This document shows, piece by piece, positions 49,736 to 63,140 of a stretch of DNA of 64,000 nt. The notes beneath the pieces were generated by a model. The model did not search any database. It worked only from the letters and a program-made list of their open reading frames with translations, and was not told the origin of the DNA. The translations under genes and the position numbers were made by a program. The first letter of the stretch is position 1. Every line of letters begins with the position of its first letter. Origin of the DNA: Lama glama (Eukaryota); NCBI GenBank assembly GCA_028534125.1, contig CM052816.1:82772001-82836000 (forward strand), given 5' to 3'.

Positions 49736-52700
49736 AAAAAACAGTTTTTTTCCTGGACCTGGGTATGTTTTCTGCTAGGCTTTCAGTATGTAGGATGAGG
49801 AGTTAATCAAATTAAGAGGTGGGCTGGGTTTGAGTTTGTAGTTGGTAAGGTTACTCTTAGCTCACCACAGGCTGCAGGCTCTCTAGTGATGCTATATATA
49901 AGGTGGAGACTAGTCTGCCAAGATTCTTTTTTTCCTCTTTAACTCCTACTCTGCCCTCCCAGATTCAGACTCTTGTTTATACTGTGCTCTGATTAAGCCC
50001 TCATCTTAGGCCTGCAACGTGGCCCCAGTCTGTGGGGGTGTGTCTATTCAGTACTCCTGGTGCAGCGCGGTGCTCTGCACATATGCCAGTTCCACTTCCA
50101 GAAAGAGAATGACTGCTGCTGCTCCCTCTGGGTGCGGTTGGTTCATCAGGGCCCTAAAGATGCCAGTGTTGCCACCATTCCCTCAATGGTTCAAAACTTT
50201 CAATTTGCCTACGTTTTTGACAAATTGTTAATGTAAACTCGCCGAGCAAATGGTAAGAGTAACAAAGATCCTGCCACCCAGAAGGTGATAAATGGCTTTT
50301 AGTGATACAGATCATAGGAACTGCTCCATCCTAATGTGATTTATTTGTGATTTCAGCTTTTATGATAAAAGGAACACTTTACATATGCTTCACCTGATGT
50401 CCTGTTCTTCCTCTTAAGCATAATTCTAAGAAATGTCATCTCTTCAGATGCCATTCTCTCTGATAGTGCTTCTCTTTATTCTAAATCCAGATACGCCAGG
50501 GAAGTCAGCAACGAGCTGTCCACAATTACCCGATTTTGAAAATTTTCTTTATAGAATTACCAGCTTTCATTCAAGCAGCCCTCAATGTTTAAAGGAAAGA
50601 ACTGATAACTTTTTCTTTCAAACTTTTTCTGGCCTTACCACAATCTTGAATGCACAAAAGGAAACAACATATTCTCCTGAGAATTTTGTTCTTTGAATTT
50701 TAGGACAATGAAAATGCTCTCGGGGGTACTGCAGCCTTCAGCAACAAGTGGAATCATGTATCACTGCTTTAGGATTTATGCTGGGGTGCTGTCAGTGACA
50801 CACCATGGGATACGATGAATAATACCAGAAAATTAATATATTAGAAGACTGGCAATGAAGTCACACTATTAATTGATTTTTCCCTTTGCCACCAAGAAAT
50901 AAATGTAAAGGAAGGGTCCCCATTGTAATTCTGCATTAACTCAATTTAAAGACATTATTTGAAATCATCTAGATGGCTGAGAAACATATTGTCTCCATAC
51001 TTGGCTAACAGCTGAGTGAGAGATGTCCTTGAATTCACTGAGGATATGTCAATACCTTGGTTCAGGCTTCTAGAGCTGGCGTTAGCTTCCATAGCACTGA
51101 GTGAGCTTCTTACACCGCTTGTTCAGTGGCTATTGAGGCAGGTGTTTACTTATGACAATCAGTCACCTGGAACTTATGCCCAAGGAGGGTGGCAAAAGAG
51201 ATATTGGACAAACCTGGCCACTATATCAAATGGCTTACGGTACAGCTTCCTCTTTTGTCACTCTTAACAAATGAGTTATTTTTAAACATTTTGTTAGGTT
51301 TATATTTTTCTTGGCTATTTTCCACCTAAAAAAATGATATAATTCCTTTTGTAACTTTCTATAATCCATGTTTTTCAGTCTGGGAGAGGGTGGGGAACAA
51401 TGTGGAACTGGGGGTGGAACATATATAACAATTTATATTTCCTTGTCTTTAATTTAATTTACTTTTCCTTTTGAATTGCTTTATATATAGTAAAAATGGG
51501 CTATCCATGTGATCCTCCTTGTACTTATTACTAAACAGTATTGCCCTATTCATTTATATTACCCTTTATGTATTTATAAAGAGATCAAGAAGACTATATT
51601 GAAAGAACATGTCGATCTTACATGTCTATAAATAAAACCCAAATGTTCCTTCATTCTCATTTATCTTGGGAATAAATTGGTTCAACAAAGTTATGCAGAT
51701 TTCCCCATTTATATTATCATGTCTCCCAATATCTTATATCTTCTTATTTTTTTTTTTTCACATCCAAGGTTATTGCCACCTTTATGGTTCAGTAAGTGAA
51801 TGCAGTCTTTTTGGGCATTTCAATAAGGACATCAAGGGAACACCTAGACTCACCTGAAACCGTAGTTGCATTCATCTCAGAGTAATAGCCAATCCATCAT
51901 AGAAGCCTGTCCTACCTGACCTAATATACGTCTTGTCTTGGGAATTCCAGATTGGCCTGGTAGTTTGTCTGAGTTACTTGTCATTCTTAGGTAAAACTAC
52001 GAGGACTGTTACAGTCATCTCCAAATCAGGATTTACAAGACATAAAACTAATCCTTACTTAATTTTTATAACCTTTCCTATGTTGTGATTTTAGAGAAAA
52101 ACCGTGATAGAGAATATAAAGCTCTATCATGGAAGAAAAAAAGATAAAATAGGTTTAAATGACTTCGTTGAATCCAAACTGTATTTTAGTTATAGGTTAG
52201 TTACTATATTACAGAATTTAATAAAATTATTATTTTCTTCAAATGGGCTTATGTGTGTAGCCAGCTTCAGTATAACATCTGAATAATTATCAAGGTTAAA
52301 TAAATAGACAAGTACTGTGAGGGAAAACAGAGTTGGAATGTCTAAATTATTTGGTGTGATCACACCCACTGACAACAAAGATCTTTGCATGAATGATTAA
52401 GCAAAATGCCATTTAAACTACGCAGTGCTAAATGAAGTGGATTTTTGTTTTTCTGTCTGGCAAATGTAATTTAAGTCAGACGATGTAGTAGGGAACAAAC
52501 AAAAGAAAAAGAAAAAATAAAGAATTAATGTTTGTGGTGCTTCTATTTATCATATTGTGGTTGAAACTATCAGAATACCATCTCACTTTGTGCATGAGAA
52601 TTAAGGCTAAATTCCTTTAGACAGAACAACAATTAGAGGAGCATGCCCTGCTAATTTCTGCTTCAGGATAATTGAAAGAGACTTAGAAGCAACAGAAAGA

Positions 52701-54625
52701 AACTCTGGTAGATAAGATGGTTATTTGTAAAGGGGCAGGCCATTCCATTGATTTACCTGATGTGGTAAAAAGATTCAGTTCAGTAGGAGCATGAGGGGAT
52801 GTTTCTTTTCACACAAGAACAGTCTAGAATTGACTCTTTAAAGGTCACAGATGGGAGAGGTCATCCTATCCTAGGACAGAGTGACAAAGGGAACACTTTC
52901 AAATGTATGAGTTTGGGGATTGAGGAAAAGAAGCTCAGACACAGCAATAAAAATTCAGGATACATTTAAGGTTCAATTATAAATGTTAAAAACCTTAAAA
53001 ACATTGTCTAAGCCAATCAAAAATCTAGTTGTCTTAATCATGCAGAAGAGACTAGTCTGATGAATGAGAAAATGTTTTAATCAAACATACTTAGGAAACA
53101 TTTAATGTAGTCACAAACATTGGTAAAATTCTATCTTAGAGTTAAAATTTTTTTAAAAAGATATTTGATTATCTAAAGGGATGATTCTCAAGAGTTTTTG
53201 ATGTTTTAAAATACTTTATATATTACTAAAAATCATCAGTTCTAAAACTGGGGTCAAGGAGGTATTACAATTGCATGAACTTTTTATAATTGCATTCAAA
53301 TAAATATTAGCCTAAACTCTGAATTTGTACAATGAATATCTTAATTTCATTACCTTCAGAATACAATTTCATACAAAATGTCAATGTCGATATAGACTTG
53401 AGAGTAGCATATATGCTTAGAATTCACTTGGGTATATTAATAGCTCTCAAACTGTATGGGATATAGTTTATATCTTGAGTTTTTTTTTTTTTTAATGTCA
53501 GCTTCCTAAGTCAAAGGAAGTTAAAAATAACTATGTAAATAGGATTCAGCTGAATGTTATATGGTCTTTCTTTATTGCCAAGGGTCACATTCATGACACA
53601 ACACTGAATGTATGTTAAAATATTATTCTGAGAGGAGTGTTGACTTAAGATAATATGATTTATGCTTCCCATCCATCATATTGACAGATTTTAGACAGAT
53701 GTCGCTGTTTGTCAAACATGGTACAAAACAAGGCAAAACCCTATAATATCATAAAAACTGTTTGCCTTTATCACCATCTCATCCATCTTTCATTCCTATT
53801 AAAATTTTAGTGTTAGAAATAATGACTGATTCAATAGGAAATTTTAAAATATGTTTTTGTTAAGCAGTTTTCCCCCGAAGACACTTAACACTTGTCACTC
53901 AGTTGTCATTCAGATAAAATGTGGTGTTTAAATTTCAGTCAAATAAATATACAAAATGTATTACATATGAACAGAGTGAACATGGTTTGAGGGATTTTGT
54001 TTTAAATAAATGAAACAAAATAAATATTAGGGAAACAACATCAATAGAGTGATTTTTTTTTTCTTAACAGACCTTAAACGCTGGTGATAAGATAGTAACC
54101 TTCAGTACATTCAGACTGCATTTTATGTGTATGAGCTGGAACTCTTTCTGTGATACGTACAAAGGAGCATTAAAAAAACACTAAACGTATAGCATCGAGC
54201 CCCTGAGGCAGGTGGACGAATATCTGAAAACACCTTCTATGAATATCAAATATCTACGTTATTTGTTATGTAAGACAACATCGAAAAGGTCATCTATGGG
54301 ACATCTACGAGAAACCGTTTTCTTTGTTTCAACCTATATGATTTTTGCCTTATGTTTGTCTGTTTTTTGACACTATTTGTTACCTTCACTGTGCAGGGCA
54401 CATGTACAAATCCTTACAAATCATTTGCTGCAGGCTTTAGGTTGGACATCAGATTCAGTAGTAAGGCTGTCTTTTTTTTTTCCAAAAGATAAGCTACTCC
54501 TAACTCTAAAGTTCATCATTATGGAGGCCAACAAAATCATGTCTCTTCCACTGTTTCAATTTCCACAAATAACTTCCTTTAACCCAAGTTGTGGCTTACA
54601 CATGGCTCCCGCTGTCTCAAAATGA

Positions 54626-54688
54626 TGCTCCCTTTTCAGCATTATTGTACTGGAAGTGTGTGCTTCCTTTTTCAGCATTATTGTATTG
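54626..54688. repeat. Near-tandem duplication of ~27 bp (period 35)
   Basis: TGCTCCCTTTTCAGCATTATTGTACTG (54626-52) and TGCTTCCTTTTTCAGCATTATTGTATTG (54661-88). Confidence 0.9.
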
Positions 54689-54699
54689 ACTGAGAAAAT

Positions 54700-54910
54700 G
54701 TGTAGCAGGTATTGAATGCTTATGTCATACCAAATGCATCTACCTACATGGTCTCATTTATTTACCAACAGCAACCTTGAGAGGTGAACATTACTCTCAC
54801 TAACATTTTGGAGTCAGAAAACTGAAGCTCAATAAAGTTAATAGGCTAGAAATCACAAATGCAATATTGCTGAAGATATGCTGTTGATTCCAGGCTTTGT
54901 TCTTAACCTC
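54700..54910 (-). mobile_element. MIR SINE
   Basis: 'tattgaatgcttatgtc...tctcatttatttaccaacagcaaccttgagaggtg...agaaaactgaagctcaataaagttaa'. Confidence 0.7.
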
Positions 54911-55379
54911 AACCAGTTCTTCCCTGTCATAGTATGTAATTTCTTTGATTGTCTGGCATACAAAGGAGTTGAGTGTTAAAGAGATATTGTTCACTAAACT
55001 ATTTTTATTGGCTAGTGATGACTTATAGATGGCTTCCACTAGTCCAATCAGTTGTTACCTGGAGAGCATGTTCACACGTTTCAAGACTGGGTGTCTCATT
55101 TGTAAAATTCACTGTGATAAAGCTGTTGATGTAATGCATACTCAGAAGGAAATATAATGTGTTACCTTGATTAGAGTTGTAATTATTTAGACATTAGCAA
55201 AAATAATATTAATCAAAACTCAATCAAACAGATAATTACCAGGTCCATTTTAGCTAATTTCTTTTATTTTCAAATTTATGTCATGAATTTTATATTACAT
55301 AATTGGAATTTTACTGAGCATACAGTATTGTAGCACAATTCTTGTAAAGATCCATGTGTGATCTAGTGTACAATCTTCC

Positions 55380-56350
55380 CAACATTTCTCCAAAAATGCA
55401 GGAATAATATATAAAATATTTTAAAATATCATTAAGATATAATTGCCATATTGATACCAAGAGGAAAATACTTTTTTGTTCAAGAACAAGGAACAAATGT
55501 ATGTATATATTCAAGTTTTTCTTTGTTGAGGAGGCCTCGCTCTGATTCAACTGTCATACAACATGAAACCTCACTTTTTCGCGTTCAGAAGTTTTAATTC
55601 TGGTGTTGCTAAATCTATTTATTCTTTTCATTATTATTTGTGTCTTTTGGGTCTAGTTTTAAATCTTTCTCTATATCCAAGATTCTAAATCTAGTCACAT
55701 ACATTTTCTTCTAATAATTACGAGATTTTCATTTCACATTTGGGTTTTTATTTTTTCAGAATACATTCTGTACATGGAACTATGTCTTTTTATTTCAATG
55801 TAACTTTATTTCTTTTATTTTAGGAAAAATTTTCTATATACTTAAGTATATTTTCTTTCACTTGTTATGTTTATTATGAACACAGTTTTGTCTATGTTTG
55901 TCTTTACATCTATTCTTTACTTATATTTTCTGTTCATTTTATATGTCAGTATTTTCATCGGGTCTAGCTAACACTTGACTATATATTTTTTCAGATTATT
56001 CATTTTACCTTTGTTGGTTTTAACATTGATTTATCTCTCTATTTATTACATTTATTTTTCTTTTCTAATTACTCTCTCAGCTCCACTAGTTCATTTTTCC
56101 ATCATTTTTGTCTTATAACCTATTCTGATTTGTTTTGAACCTTCTGATCTATTCTTTCAGGTTTTTCTTTTAAGTGTTTATTTTCTATCTAATAAATTTT
56201 AGAATATGAAATACTGTTTGCAATTCTTATGTGTTTCTTAATCTGCTTTTTTATTTCAGTTTTTGATCTTTTGGATTTTTTTCTGTTTAAGGGTTTTTTA
56301 AAATTCAGCCATTTTTCTGAATAGGACTATAGTTGAATTCTTTCTGGTCA
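55380..56350 (-). mobile_element. Very degenerate L1ME/HAL1-like remnants
   Basis: Extreme T-richness; 'tacattttcttctaata...tttcacatttgggtttt' resembles antisense L1 ORF2 3' region. Confidence 0.4.
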
Positions 56351-56398
56351 CTCCTTTGAAAGCGGCTTTCCACATTACCTCCTAAATAACTGTAGGGG

Positions 56399-56440
56399 GT
56401 GTGTGTGTGTATGTGTGTGTGTGTGCACACATGCGTATGC
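56399..56440. repeat. Interrupted (TG)n / alternating purine-pyrimidine tract
   Basis: gtgtgtgtgtgtatgtgtgtgtgtgcacacatgcgtatgc. Confidence 0.9.
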
Positions 56441-56633
56441 CTGCTGAGAGGAGAGGGGAACCGTGTTGGCTAGGTCAGTCTGCCACCTCCGCTTGGGATT
56501 CCCCCTCAGTTTCACATTCAGGTGTCTCTAGGGCTCACAGCAAACACTTTCTGTCTCCTTTTCTCTATCTAGCTTCATTCGTAGAGTTCATCCTGTGCTA
56601 ATAAGTTATGTAATAGGATCTGCATTTCTTTAA

Positions 56634-56808
56634 CTGTGGTGCCTAAATCATCCATATCTTTATTACCTAGAAACTTGTTAGATATACACATTGGTGGGCC
56701 CTATGCTATACCTATTGAATCAGAAACAACGTGTTTGGGACCCAGAAATCTGTATTTCAATAAGTACAATAAGTGATTTTAATTCACAGTAAAATATGAG
56801 AAGCCCTG
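56634..56808 (+). mobile_element. MER5A-like hAT-Charlie DNA transposon
   Basis: 'acctagaaacttgttaga...gggccc...cctattgaatcagaaac...gggacccagaaatctgtatttcaataag...gtgatttt...tgagaagccctg'; ~175 bp. Confidence 0.8.
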
Positions 56809-58509
56809 AAAATGAACAACAGAATTACACTGCAAGTTTCTACTTCTCTCTTCTTTTAATGCCACTTCTGTTCTAGAGTGCTTAATGTCTTCCCTGCTCT
56901 TGAACTCTCTCATGTATCCACTCAATACCCCTATATGTTATCATTTTATTCAGAGATTAATGGCTGTCTTTCAAGTCAGTGAAGCTTACTTTGGGGAGTA
57001 TTTATAGCCTGCTCAAGGTCTAATGAGGAATGTGTCAACCTTCAGATAGCAATTTCATCGCAGTCTCAATTCTCCCACAGAATTTGTGTTTGGGGATTGG
57101 AACATTTGTATTTTTTTACATATGATGAAGGGTTTTGTTTGTTGGTTTGCTTTTTGTTTTCTATTTCTTACTCCCCTCCAACTCCCCTGTAGTTTAAATT
57201 AACAGTCCTTGGGAGGAAAATACAGTGAAAACAGAACAAAAGAAAAGAAAAACATACATTTCAAATGCCTGCCATTCAAATCCAAAGGTACAAAGGAAAA
57301 AAAAAGAACCATGAAGGCATATTTAATTTTTTTGATCAAAAATTGAAATAAATAAGACTGAACTTTAAGCTTAAAGTAGAACATTAGAAAGAGACATTCA
57401 TGAATTTTTGTATGAACAAAACCTTTGCCAGGAATCAATTTGTTGATAAGATTTAAGTTTAACTGAGTCAAGAATAATAATTTAAAAGTATATTTTAAAT
57501 TAAAATATGTCTATAATATACATGTATATATCCTGAAAAGTAGACTCTCACTATAGTTAAGATAATAGCAATAGATCTTAAATGAAATCATAAATGAAAT
57601 TATGGAATGACCTTTGTTTAGCAGAAGTGAAATTTTAATGGGTAACGTCTTTATGCACAAAAACAAGAACAGTCAAACAAGTATTGTTCCAGGAATAAAA
57701 TTTTCTTAGCTAAGACAATAAATGAGCTTAATATCTAGTAGCGCCATCTACTCAATTAATATTGGAAACTGGACAGCCCGTAATATTTATGGAATTAGCA
57801 AATAATATGTATTTATAATAACCAGAATGTCAGTAGGTTTTAAAGTTGATCAGAGGCCTGATATTTCATGTTATTGGATTAACTCTGATGTTAAGATGCT
57901 TTGCTCTGTTTTTGAGTCAAAGTAAAACAAAAAAAACCTTTCACAATGCTACAAATAGTCTTTAATAAATAATCATCATCATAAACTTCTTAGCAGTTTA
58001 TCCTTCTAAAGCTAATGTTTTCTGGTAACAGAAGTCTTCATAGTCCTTTAGCCATTGATTAATTTCAATAATTAGTAGCAACTTTGATAGTTAATCCTCA
58101 AAGCATGCATTTCATATTAATATTCTGACTCTTTTAAGCAGAAAATTAACAGAATTTGTAATCCAAGGGGAAAATGAATTCATAATTATTTGGCAAACAA
58201 AATGTCTTTCCAGTAAAATATACATGAATTTATCTCTAAACCAAGATCTTTTACTAGCAATTTATCATTACTACCTTATTGAATTTTATTATGATATTCA
58301 TGTTTATTCTCTTTCTGTCTTTCATTCTTTTTCTCCTATATTTGCTCTCACTGATATTGTTTGACATGTTAGTTTTTACATGGACACTGTTCAACTCACT
58401 GGAAATAAGTACAACTAGATTTATGTAGAAAAAGGTCATTTCTTCCTTAGCCACCTATCCCGAAAAATCATCTCTTTTTAGACCTTTCATAGTAATAAGT
58501 TGCCTCTCA

Positions 58510-58690
58510 ATGACTGTAGTACGTGCTAAGGACTTAAATATCTCATTTAATCCTACAATATCTTTTTTGAGGAATGTATTATGTTATCCATTTTATGGCA
58601 AAGTTAATTCCTAGTGATTAAGTCACATAACTCAATGTCTTCTTAGAGGTAGTAAACGACATACTAGGATTTTAAGTGTGGCTCTGTATA
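58510..58690 (-). mobile_element. MIR SINE fragment
   Basis: 'gtgctaaggacttaaatatctcatttaatcctacaa...tattatgttatccattttat'. Confidence 0.65.
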
Positions 58691-59769
58691 AAAAAGCCTC
58701 TGTAAAAAATAAAGAGAGAATTTTCACAAAGTTGTGTACATTTTTCTAAAACATGGAGAAACGTTAAGTCAGCTACTTTTCCCACTTCTGCCAAGAGTTT
58801 TTATTTGGGGTATGGTTTTCCTTTGAGGTAGTTTCTTAAAGTATCCTAATCCCTCTGAAAGAAGACAAATTCTTGTTTAAAGTTCTCTGACTTTCATGAT
58901 ATTCCTGAATGTGGATCTAAATTATGAGACTGTTTTTGATAAGAATGTTAAAAGGATATATCAAATTAAGAATGTTTACACTATTCTAGGGATTTTGCAT
59001 TTTTCCTAAGTTATTATAACTTTTTATGTAACAGAGGATACTCCAAAGTTAAAACATTAAACTTTTATTTATTTAAAAATATGTAGGGCTATCTGATTGC
59101 AATGAGAGGCTTAACTGAATTTCAGCTAAAATAAATCTTTTATCTCTTTTTTACTTTACTAGTTAAAACTTAAATTCAGCAATAAAAAAAAAGCCAGAGT
59201 AACAATAGCTCCATTTGAACTGGACAATTATCTCTGTGCTGTGAATATCATCGAATTTGAGTATTTTGTGATATCATTATTGCTGTTTTCCATTCCACTT
59301 AGTTTCATTCAATGCATTAAAGTCTTTTTTAGCTCCTCTTATGGCTTATGGGTTCATAGTGGTTCACTATTTAAATTGCTATGGAAACATTAACCAAGTG
59401 AATGGAAGTCAGAGGGCTAGAATATAGAAAAGAAGAGGAAGATGTTGATGCAATGTAATGTAGGCACAAGAATGTCAATGTATACATCATGTGGAAGAGA
59501 CACAGAATACGTTGAACATGTGCCATGTTCTCTCAACATTGGCTGACAGTGTTAAGGAACATCTTGACTGGTTTAGATCTCTACTGGGGGCAAAGATCTT
59601 TCTCACTTTTCAACAGATGATTCAGGGAGTAAAATAAGATATTCTTTCTACTGTTCTCTATATTAACTTCCTTTATGCTCCACTTGTCAGCTTGATGCAG
59701 TATATTAGTCACTGTATCAACTTCTGATTAGACAGGGCCACTGCTATTAACCTTACATGCTCTGGTGCT

Positions 59770-59837
59770 TAGATAGATAGATAGACAGATAGATAGATAG
59801 GTAGGTAGGTAGGTAAATAGATAGATAGGTAGATAGA
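59770..59837. repeat. Compound (TAGA)n/(TAGG)n microsatellite
   Basis: Read directly from the sequence. Confidence 0.95.
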
Positions 59838-60676
59838 AAAAAAATACATAATTGCTAATTATTTTTCTTAATATTAAAAATAAAACACATCCAAATCTAG
59901 CAAAATAAGGCATCTATATGTTAGATAGAAAAGTGGTTCTACTGCAAATATAAAATAATTGTTTTTGCTGATATAGTTAGGCTTTTTAATACACATTGTT
60001 GCCTCATGAATCCCTCAAAATAAATTTTTTCTACTTCCTTAACCTTACAAATACACATATTTTCATTTTAGATTCTAATTTAAGTTGCTCATCAGAGTGA
60101 CTGGATACAGTTTTAGTTGGAAATTACACAGATTATTTTCAAATGAAAACAGACTGAGATCTACAAGTATATGGTCAAGTTTTAGAAACTGTTAATATTT
60201 CATATGATCATCACTTTGCAAAATGATGTGACCAAAAACTCCCAGAAACCCAACAGGAACTACTCTTGTTTTTCAGTCATCATGAATGTAGAAAAGAGTG
60301 TAACAGAGGAAGGTTTTCTAGCATTTTCCTAGAGTTTCTAATTCATGTCACTGTTCTCTTTCATTCATTCAGATTCTTCAAAAGGAATTTATAAGTGACC
60401 TCTTATACCCACACAGGAGTCTATGTATTACTTGGTGGGTTAGAAGCAATTGAAATTATGCATTATTACACAGATTATGCTTTAGAGTTTGTTTACTTCA
60501 GAAAATAGTGCATTCTTGGTGCATGATGTAAAAAGAATATCAAGTATAAATAAATGCACCTAGTAACAGAAGTGTTTAATATTAAAGAAATCTGAAATCT
60601 CTTTGTAAGAATGATTCATAATTAAAAGTCTAGAAGAGGAAGACAATAACCTTTGGTAGGCATGATTGAAGATAGA

Positions 60677-61032
60677 TGTCTTAGTTTGAGCTCCTACAGC
60701 AATTGTGCAACAGACTTGGTGACTTAACAACAAATATTTATTTTTCATAGTTCTAGAGACTGCGAAGTCCAAGATCAAGGTGCTGGTAATTTCAGTATCT
60801 GGTGAGGGTCTTATTCCTGGCTCATAAATGACCCTCTTCTCCCTCTCTTTAAATGGTAGAAAGGTGAAGGAGCTCTTTGGGGTCTCTTTTGTAAGGGCAC
60901 AGACCCCATTCATGAGGGCTTTTCCTTCACGACATAATTAACTTTCGAAGACCCCATTTCCAAACACCATGGCATTGGGTGTTAGGATTTCAACATACGA
61001 AATTTGGGAGTACAAACGTTCCGTCTGTAACG
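60677..61032 (-). mobile_element. MLT1A-like MaLR solo LTR (full length, ~356 bp)
   Basis: Starts TGTCTTAGT; 'aagtccaagatcaaggtgctgg', 'tctggtgaggg', 'taagggcacagaccccattcatgagggc', 'ggatttcaacatacgaaatttggg'. Confidence 0.92.
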
Positions 61033-61159
61033 CTAAACATAGACCAAGTATATAAAGGCAGTGCTTATTGGAAGAATGGCTAGAACATCATTAGAGACCA
61101 GGGTACTGTGAAAAATAATCTCTTAAGTAACATTAAAAAAAAAAACTAAAAAAGATTGT

Positions 61160-61345
61160 TAACACTCACTAAATGTCTATCATGTGTCAAACAATTTGCA
61201 AGTGCTATTTATTTTAATAACTCTATAATCCTATGTACTAGGTGTTGGTTTCTCCATTTCTCAATTTCTCACCTGAAAAATGGCTTAAGGAGGTCCAGTA
61301 ACTAGTTGGGTTTAGCAAGCACATTGCTAGGAAGTGGCAGCAGCA
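61160..61345 (-). mobile_element. MIR SINE fragment
   Basis: 'actaaatgtctatcatgtgtcaaaca...cacattgctaggaagtggcag'. Confidence 0.55.
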
Positions 61346-61479
61346 CTGTTCTATCTGCTGTGGGACCTGTCTTCCTTTTACTCACTTGGAGGCCTCCTCT
61401 AAAAACACATAAATTGTATCCCCAAAAATGGCAACCAGGAGGAAGAATACATATTGATAGAAAATCAAAGTGAATAACA

Positions 61480-61590
61480 GTAATTCATTAATTTATATCA
61501 TGTATTTATTGAGCATATAATGGTCAAGAACATGGTCCCTGCTTATAAGGATCTTGCCATTTTATCAGGAGAAACATACTTACAGATTCA
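61480..61590 (-). mobile_element. L2 3' terminus fragment
   Basis: 'tatttattgagcat...acatggtccctgcttataaggatcttgc'. Confidence 0.55.
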
Positions 61591-62929
61591 GTATGGGAAC
61601 ATGTCAGGTACTCCAATTACCAGTACATATTTTTATTTGTTTTTAAAATTCATGCCAATGGTTAATTATAACATTTAGTTTTACTGGAAACACATTTTTT
61701 TATTGAACATGAGGTCCATGGAATCAGACATATTTTATCATTACTGACAGTAAAACCACTGTTCTATTCAATGTGATTTAATTAAATGACCTCTGATTTA
61801 TTATTAATGTTATTAATAACATCCCCTGGTTTCCCACAGGAAATAGCCAAAGAATTAAAATGGAAGGCTAGAAAATTTATGGCAAGATTGTGGTAACTCT
61901 TTACATCCAATCTACTCATCTGAGCGAAAGAGATAAGACATCATTTCCTACTACTGATACAATGAGTGTTATTTAAAATTTCCTTGGAATTTGAATGCCT
62001 ATTTGACTCTCAGGCAAATTTTACATTCTCTTCTCCTCTGTTTGGAAATTGAAACGTTTATGTTATTACATTATTTAATTATGGCGCATTACTTGCCTGA
62101 TTGAAGAAGAAAAGAATATTCTTGCTCAACTGAAAACCAATGTACCCAACTTATAATTCTTCTAATTTGAAATAATTATACTACACAAAGTGTGAAGCCA
62201 TTTATTATATTTGATTCATCATATCAATTTTCCTTTAAATGGTTTAGATATAATATGACGTGCAAGAATTGTGTCTGCAGTGTGTGACAGAACTTCAAAA
62301 AAACGAAACACCAATGCATGCACTTTATTTACCTCTGAGCAAATATGCCAAAACATTGTAACCAGAAGGAATTCTTAAATATTTTTACATGAAAAAATAA
62401 AATAAAAGATAAAGGGAAAATTGGATAAGAAAGGTATTAAGTCCATTAGGAATACAGCAGATGGAGAATTTGGAAGTCTCCTAATTACTCACTTTCCAGT
62501 TAATTCGAAGTACCTTTCAAATCTTAGCACAAAAAGTCACACTTAGAATGCCTAATTTGGATTAACTACTCTATTCTCAGACTGGACACAGTTGCAGTTC
62601 AGAAGCAAATTACTGAGGTGGAGAATTACAAAGATTTTTCTTATCTCAGGAAATACACATTGTCTAATTCTGAAGGGAACATGTGAACTGAACAACCAAA
62701 ATGTTTCTCTAGTAAGCACTTATATTTAAAAGACATTTAGTCAGATTCATTAAACATTTTAATCTGATTTTGTGGCGTGAACTAACATAAGTGATACCAG
62801 TATAATAACAAATACCAGCTAATCTTTAATATTTTATATCATTAAAATTAGAGAAAAATATAGCCCTTAAAGCCACATTTTCTAGGACCGCCCATAAATT
62901 ATTTCACTGTTACCCTTGGGAAATCAGCA

Positions 62930-63140
62930 CTGTAGATAACACACTGCTTAAGAGCATGGTGCCTGCAGCATAACCATAATGCCTTGGTTCTAACACTTAA
63001 CCAGCTCTCTTTCTTGGAGCCACTCAATTTCTGTTATGCAAAATGGGCCTAATGATGGTATTTATCTCCGAGGGTTTGGGGGAGGACAGATAATGTGTTT
63101 TGAAAAGTATCATCTTCACAGCAAGCACCCAAGAGGTATG
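62930..63140 (+). mobile_element. MIR SINE
   Basis: 'ttaagagcatgg...ctcaatttctgttatgcaaaatggg..taatgatggtatttatctccgagggtt...gataatgtgt'. Confidence 0.65.
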
